Of a stretch of DNA of 36,541 nucleotides, positions 31,918-36,541 are shown one piece after another. This DNA comes from an uncultured Candidatus Saccharibacteria bacterium (GTDB lineage: Bacteria; Patescibacteriota; Minisyncoccia; UBA6257; UBA9933). A model generated the notes under the pieces. The model made no database searches and had not been told where the DNA came from. It saw nothing but the letters and a program-made list of their open reading frames with translations. The stretch is from the NCBI GenBank assembly GCA_964362385.1, contig CAYIEH010000002.1, positions 1-36,541 of the forward strand, read 5' to 3'. The position numbers and the translations under genes are program-made. Every line of letters begins with the position of its first letter. The stretch's first letter is position 1.

Positions 31918-32808
31918 ATGTTTCTGTTAAAAATTAAAAACATTTCTCTGGACATTCTTTTCCCGCCTCTTTGTCTTGGATGTCAAAAACACCTCAAGCG
32001 CGACAAAGACAAAAGCTATGAATTTCTGTGCAGAGATTGTATGTCCTTAATTAAGATTAATAATACTCTTTTTTGCCCCATCTGCCAATTAAGACTTCCC
32101 GAAAATAAAAAAATATGCAACCACAGCAAAGAAGATTTTAAGGAATTTCCCTTTCTTTTGGGTCCGGCAACCGACTACGGCAATCCCATTGTCCAAAATC
32201 TGATCCATTACTATAAATATAAGAGCTTTGAAAATCTGGCTCCGTTTCTGGGAGAATTAATGATAAATTATCTGAATTTTTTAAATTATCCGCCTTCGCA
32301 GAAGACCACGGGCGTAAGCCCGCGGATGAATACGATAGGCGGATTCTCCACGGCTCTAAGAATGGAGGAAGATGCTTCGGCGGATTCCGCCGAAGAAACG
32401 AAAGATGCCGCTGCTGTAAGCCCATGGAGGCTTCATAATTCTTTCATTTCAAATTTTTCTCCGATTGTGGTTTTTATTCCTCTCCATCATTCACGCGAAA
32501 GAAAACGCGGATTTAACCAGGCAAAACTTTTGGCGGAAATCGTTGCAAAAAATTTTAATCTGGAATTAAAAAATGTTTTAATGCGCGTTAAGAACACTCC
32601 GCCTCAGGCGCAGGCGGAAAACCGCGAAAAAAGGCGAGAAAATCTTTTTGGCGCTTTTACGATAATTGACCCCGATGAAATAAAAAATAAAAATATAATT
32701 TTAATTGACGATGTTTATACTTCCGGCGCCACGATGAGTGAAGCGGCAAGAGTTTTAAAATCGCGCGGCGCAAGAAAAATAATCGCGCTGGTAGCGGCGA
32801 AAGCGTGA
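31918..32808 (+). CDS. comFC: ComF family protein (ComFC, phosphoribosyltransferase-type) with an in-frame GC-rich insertion
   Basis: N-terminal Cys motifs (CLGC...CRDC, CPIC) and PRT motif IILIDDVYTSGATM. The insert is at about 32287-32437. Confidence 0.8.
   Translation: MFLLKIKNISLDILFPPLCLGCQKHLKRDKDKSYEFLCRDCMSLIKINNTLFCPICQLRLPENKKICNHSKEDFKEFPFLLGPATDYGNPIVQNLIHYYKYKSFENLAPFLGELMINYLNFLNYPPSQKTTGVSPRMNTIGGFSTALRMEEDASADSAEETKDAAAVSPWRLHNSFISNFSPIVVFIPLHHSRERKRGFNQAKLLAEIVAKNFNLELKNVLMRVKNTPPQAQAENREKRRENLFGAFTIIDPDEIKNKNIILIDDVYTSGATMSEAARVLKSRGARKIIALVAAKA
32287..32437. repeat. GC-rich structured repeat element of about 150 nt, copy B (inside comFC, inverted relative to copy A)
   Basis: Hairpins CCACGGGC-GTAA-GCCCGCGG (32306-32325) and cttcggcgg-att-ccgccgaag (32375-32395). 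It shares the GGATGAAT core and the terminal motif gctgtaagcccatggaggcttca with the reverse complement of 9339-9485. Confidence 0.7.
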
Positions 32809-32827
32809 TGAATTGGTTATTGGTTGA

Positions 32828-33169
32828 CTAATTCACCGAACTAATCACCGCAACGGCAATTAAAAATAATATGCTTAAAATCAAACTTCCAAAAGACAAT
32901 ATGTAGGACAAAAATCTTTCCCGGTCATAAGTGAAATTCGCCAGAAACAAATTTATAACCAGCATAACCAAAGCCACGGCTAAAATTCCGAAAACTTCGG
33001 CTTTATTTCCGACAACATCAATTCCTTTGTAAATGTCAAAATGAACTATCACTGATTCGGTCCTTGTCAAAAATTTCACGAAACACAGGATAACGGTCAA
33101 AAGAAAAATAAAAAAAACAATTCCAAACACCGCCCGGAGATATTTGTCTTTCAGAATTTTATTGAACAT
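32828..33169 (-). CDS. Small integral membrane protein (3 TM), hypothetical
   Basis: 113 aa with three hydrophobic helices and no recognisable motif. Confidence 0.45.
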   Translation of the reverse strand: MFNKILKDKYLRAVFGIVFFIFLLTVILCFVKFLTRTESVIVHFDIYKGIDVVGNKAEVFGILAVALVMLVINLFLANFTYDRERFLSYILSFGSLILSILFLIAVAVISSVN

Positions 33170-33356
33170 ACGAAATTTCCGTGAAACTTTCAGGTAATTA
33201 ATTTATTGCGCGGCTCGCCCCGTAAGAAATAAAGCGTTTGCCGTCAAAGAAGATGAAATCTTGGAATCTTTTAAAAACATTATTCTTAATGAATGACCTG
33301 GTTTGTGCCCGCAGAATGCTTTTTCGGCAATTTCCTACGAGGCTTGCTGAACTTAA

Positions 33357-35732
33357 TCAAGCTCTCAGCCTTCTAAGTATTTCCTCTTCTATTTCCTGCC
33401 TGTCGCCGCCGTATTTGAGCCTGGAAATTTCAGCGATCTTGCCGATAAGTCCGCTGTCGCCTTTAAGCGGAGGAAAAATATTGATATTGAACGGTTTTGA
33501 TGTCTGGCCGCCGATTAAAATCTTCGCGTAAGCGTTGAAATTATCTATGTTAAGCAAATCATTCTGGCTGAAAACAGGTTCAAATTCTTTGGCTAAAAAT
33601 TCCGCGTCTTGGCTGCCTATCCTGAAAACAATTTTAGAGCCGACATTGCCGAAAACGGCGTCGCGGATTTTTTCCGTCAGCTGGGCGATAAATTGATGGG
33701 CTACCGTGAGATTTAAGCGATACTTTCGCGCCTCCGATAAAATAACGGACGTTGAATCGGTTGTGAAATTCTGGAATTCATCGACAAAAAGATTAAAATC
33801 CTTGCGTTCTTCCATAGGCATATCAACGCGCGAAAGAGCGGCCATCAAAATTTTTCCGATAATGACCATGCCCAAAAGATTCGCGTTGGTGTCGCCGATG
33901 CGCCCCTTTGACAGATTGACCAGAATAATTTTTCCTTCATCCATCGCTTTTCTGAAATTAAAGGCGGATTTCGGCTGGCCGATGATCGGTCTGAGAAAAT
34001 CATTGCCGGTGAACTGGTTTATCTTTGAAGTAATGTAAGTGGACATATTCGCCAACGAATGCTCGCCTGTCGCCTGACTCGCTTCTTTTCTCCAGAAATC
34101 AACCACCACCGGATTCGCGATGCGCGCCAGTTTCCTTTCCCTGAAAGCGTCGTCGGTAAACACTCTCTGCACTTCAAAAAGAGTTGCCGGCTCGTTTCTC
34201 GCGTCTTCCATCAAAAGCATCGTCGCCATTTTGAAATATTGCTCAAACATCGGTCCGCCGGCCATTTTCATGTCGTAAAGTTTGTCAAAAATATTAAACA
34301 GCTCGCTGACGATGAAAGTTTTCTGTTCCGGCTTGTCCAAATCGTATTCCAGCATATTCATCCCCAAAGGCCGCCATAAATCGCCCGGGTCAAAAACAAT
34401 CACGTCATCAATCCGCTCGTTTGGCATCAGCCCCAAAACCGTTTCTATCATATCGCCGTGAGGGTCAATAACGGCGATGCTCTTTCCTTTTTTAATGTCG
34501 TCAACCGCCATATTAACAAGCAGCGTTGATTTGCCGGTGCCGGTTTGACCTATTAAATAAATATGTCGGCGGCGATCGTCATCAGTGATATAAACCGGCT
34601 TTCGGTCGCCCCTGAAAACGCTTTCCCCTATCGGCGTTCCTTTGACGGGCAAATTATTCGGCGGCGCGGCTTCTTTTGATTTAAGCCAGCTGACTCGCGG
34701 TATTTTTGAAGTTGAAGTCGGAAGATGAAATAAGCTGGCGAATTCCTCGATGTTTAAAGTCATTGACTGGCTGTCGTCAAATTCTCTGAACGAAAACTGA
34801 TAAATGAAATTTTTTAAATTTTTGGGCTTGTTGATTTTTAATTCCTGACGAAGCGGCGCGCTGAACTGGGAAAATCCCTGAATAATTCCTTCTAAAACCG
34901 CGTCGGCCTGATACTTGGTCGGCGCGGAAGAAATCGCCCTGAGATTGACCAGCAACAAGGGTTTGGCGACTTTTGATTCGAGCGCTTTTATCGCTTCTTC
35001 GTCAATAATTTTTTCTTCTTTTTCTTTCTTTTTATCATCCGGGCTCATCGCCTTTCTGATGTCTCCCAGATTGATTTTAAGCCCTGACAAAACTTCTTCC
35101 AATTTTTCTCCTTTTTTAAGCCGGGAAATCATTTTGGAAATTGTTTTTTTGGCGCTGTCAGGAGCCGGCCTTGCCAGAACCTGAATCGCCGCGCCTTCGC
35201 CGACTTCGTTGATTTTTGACAATCCGCTCAAAATCGGCGCGAAAGTGTCCACATTGGCTTCGGCATAAGTTCTTAATGGAAGCGCGTAAGAAGATTTCTG
35301 CTTCAAATAAGCTCCGGATGTTTCTCCCGAAGAAGAAAAAATATTATAATCTTCAATTTTTTCCACTTGGGCGTCTTTAAACAATCCTTCAATCTGGCGG
35401 CTGAATGATTCCAAAGATTTCCCGGGCACGCCGACATAAAAATTAATTTCCTGGCCGACATGATGGACAGCCGCTTCCAGGGTAAAAGGCGTTTTTAAAC
35501 CTGACAAAATACTGAAAAGCTGCGCCGATAAGTTTATCTCGTCCTGCCAGCTGGAACCCGAACCGCCTTGGCCGGAATTGTCTTTCTCGCCTTCTTTCTG
35601 CGACAACCGCACCAAAAGCAGTTTCAGTTCCAAAGCCTGAGACAGCCGATGCTTTCGCAATTTCCTAGAAATAAAAAAGAAAGTAGCGCCGATAACAATG
35701 ATAATAATTATTAAAATCAGATAAATAAGCAT
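33357..35732 (-). CDS. VirD4/TraG/TraD-like (type IV coupling protein-like) P-loop ATPase with an N-terminal TM helix and a domain of about 370 aa of unknown function
   Basis: Walker A IGQTGTGKSTL, Walker B LFVDEFQNF and the downstream RKYRLNLTVAHQ. The C-terminal half has the FtsK/HerA/TraG-superfamily layout. Confidence 0.6.
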   Translation of the reverse strand: MLIYLILIIIIIVIGATFFFISRKLRKHRLSQALELKLLLVRLSQKEGEKDNSGQGGSGSSWQDEINLSAQLFSILSGLKTPFTLEAAVHHVGQEINFYVGVPGKSLESFSRQIEGLFKDAQVEKIEDYNIFSSSGETSGAYLKQKSSYALPLRTYAEANVDTFAPILSGLSKINEVGEGAAIQVLARPAPDSAKKTISKMISRLKKGEKLEEVLSGLKINLGDIRKAMSPDDKKKEKEEKIIDEEAIKALESKVAKPLLLVNLRAISSAPTKYQADAVLEGIIQGFSQFSAPLRQELKINKPKNLKNFIYQFSFREFDDSQSMTLNIEEFASLFHLPTSTSKIPRVSWLKSKEAAPPNNLPVKGTPIGESVFRGDRKPVYITDDDRRRHIYLIGQTGTGKSTLLVNMAVDDIKKGKSIAVIDPHGDMIETVLGLMPNERIDDVIVFDPGDLWRPLGMNMLEYDLDKPEQKTFIVSELFNIFDKLYDMKMAGGPMFEQYFKMATMLLMEDARNEPATLFEVQRVFTDDAFRERKLARIANPVVVDFWRKEASQATGEHSLANMSTYITSKINQFTGNDFLRPIIGQPKSAFNFRKAMDEGKIILVNLSKGRIGDTNANLLGMVIIGKILMAALSRVDMPMEERKDFNLFVDEFQNFTTDSTSVILSEARKYRLNLTVAHQFIAQLTEKIRDAVFGNVGSKIVFRIGSQDAEFLAKEFEPVFSQNDLLNIDNFNAYAKILIGGQTSKPFNINIFPPLKGDSGLIGKIAEISRLKYGGDRQEIEEEILRRLRA

Positions 35733-35760
35733 TGTTTATTAATTTCTAAAAATCGGAGGT

Positions 35761-36156
35761 TTATATAAGCCCTCTTTTTTTAAGCTCTTCGTACAATTTA
35801 TCCGTCAAAGCATCGTGGTAAGCGTCTAAAATAAAGGGATTAAATTTTCTCGCTTCAGACGCGGCTTTTTCAATCCCATGATGAAAGGTCAAATCAATAA
35901 GCTGTTCCACTTTTAGCTTTATTTCCCGGGACGAATCTTTTAAATAATCCGGCAACACTCTTTCTTCCGTTGATAAAGACGGTTCTGTTGGCTGAATGGC
36001 CGGAGCAGGTTGCTGTTTAACCAAAGGATAAATTGCTTGCTTTACCAGTTCTCTTTCCGACACTCCCTTGGATTCAACGGTCAGTTGGCGTTCTTTGATT
36101 TCCCTGCTTAATCTTTCAATGTCCTGCTCCACTATGTTATGATTAAATTGATTCAT
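35761..36156 (-). CDS. Hypothetical protein (131 aa) upstream of the VirD4-like ATPase
   Basis: Clean ORF with ATG start, 28 nt upstream of the ATPase gene. No recognisable motif. Confidence 0.4.
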   Translation of the reverse strand: MNQFNHNIVEQDIERLSREIKERQLTVESKGVSERELVKQAIYPLVKQQPAPAIQPTEPSLSTEERVLPDYLKDSSREIKLKVEQLIDLTFHHGIEKAASEARKFNPFILDAYHDALTDKLYEELKKRGLI

Positions 36157-36158
36157 AT

Positions 36159-36541
36159 ATGAATAAAAAACTTCTTATTTCTCATTTCTTACTTCTTATT
36201 TCTATTTTAATTATAGCCGCTTTCTTCCGCCTATACAATCTTAAAGAATTTCCGCCGGGGCTTTATCCTGACGAGGCGATGAACGGAAATAACGCACTTG
36301 AAGCCTTGTCTTCCGGCCACATTTTAAAATCCCTTATGACATTCGGCAATTCCGGAGAAGGGTTTAAAGTTTTTTATCCGGAAAACAACGGACGCGAGGG
36401 ATTGTTTATAAACATTCAGGCGATATCAGTCGCGATTTTCGGTAATTTCCCCTGGGCCCTCCGGCTGGTCAGCGCTATTTTCGGCATTCTCACCGTGCTG
36501 GGGGTTTATTTCCTCGCGAAAGAACTCTTTCGCGAAAATCC
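36159..36541 (+). CDS. ArnT/PMT-like glycosyltransferase (GT39/GT83-type), 3'-truncated by the window end
   Basis: Not in the ORF track because there is no stop. My translation from ATG 36159 is MNKKLLISHFLLLISILIIAAFFRLYNLKEFPPGLYPDEAMNG...FGILTVLGVYFLAKELF. That is a typical N-terminus (TM1 plus the DE-containing loop) for this family. Confidence 0.6.
   Translation, partial: MNKKLLISHFLLLISILIIAAFFRLYNLKEFPPGLYPDEAMNGNNALEALSSGHILKSLMTFGNSGEGFKVFYPENNGREGLFINIQAISVAIFGNFPWALRLVSAIFGILTVLGVYFLAKELFREN

Noticed and set aside
334-34379. Many 60-130 aa ORFs in the track that lie antisense to or overlap larger genes (e.g. 334-549, 665-919, 3505-3861, 4247-4573, 4393-4764, 14310-14651, 16522-16824, 17094-17339, 20626-20922, 26163-26540, 31246-31641, 33706-34379)
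   Set aside because: These are shadow ORFs inside well-supported longer CDSs. They have no independent motifs and their composition is typical of the wrong frame or strand.

Overview
This is an AT-rich, gene-dense chromosomal segment, mostly transcribed on the minus strand. Gene content and style suggest a Candidate Phyla Radiation / Patescibacteria (Parcubacteria-like) genome; that placement is inference, since no search was possible.

Layout:
- 90-2424: CCA-adding enzyme (-) and a VanX-like D-Ala-D-Ala dipeptidase (+).
- 2480-3446: tRNA cluster with Arg-UCG, Lys-UUU, Lys-CUU, Gly-GCC and two broken tRNA genes. No tRNA has an encoded CCA.
- 3460-7118: MacAB-like efflux operon (HlyD adaptor, ABC ATPase, FtsX-type permease).
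- 7395-9342: ECF sigma factor, putative anti-sigma factor and a secreted protein.
- 9652-21843 (-): HU, RNase Y, MOFRL glycerate kinase, ROK kinase, an EamA-glycosidase fusion, GH1 beta-glucosidase, an AEC transporter and IleRS.
- 21953-31862 (-): a complete type IV pilus locus (two minor pilins, PilD, a pilin, PilC, PilT, PilB, a small TM protein, PilO-like, PilN-like, PilM).
- 31918-36541: ComFC (+), a small membrane protein (-), a VirD4/TraG-like ATPase (-), a hypothetical protein (-) and a 3'-truncated ArnT/PMT-like glycosyltransferase (+).

Most notable observations:
1. Each intact tRNA-Lys gene sits inside a broken tRNA gene, apparently a broken copy of the other isoacceptor. Each is also bracketed by a perfect 13-14 bp inverted repeat.
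2. IleRS carries a complete histidine-phosphatase (PGM-like) domain inserted in its catalytic body.
3. GC-rich palindromic elements occur both between genes and in frame inside genes (comFC, GH1). Some are flanked by 21-24 nt duplications of the target, including a duplicated macB 3' end that encodes EALRYE-stop twice.
4. Short heptanucleotide tandem arrays are embedded in frame in at least five unrelated genes.

No CRISPR array, transposase, integrase or prophage genes were seen.
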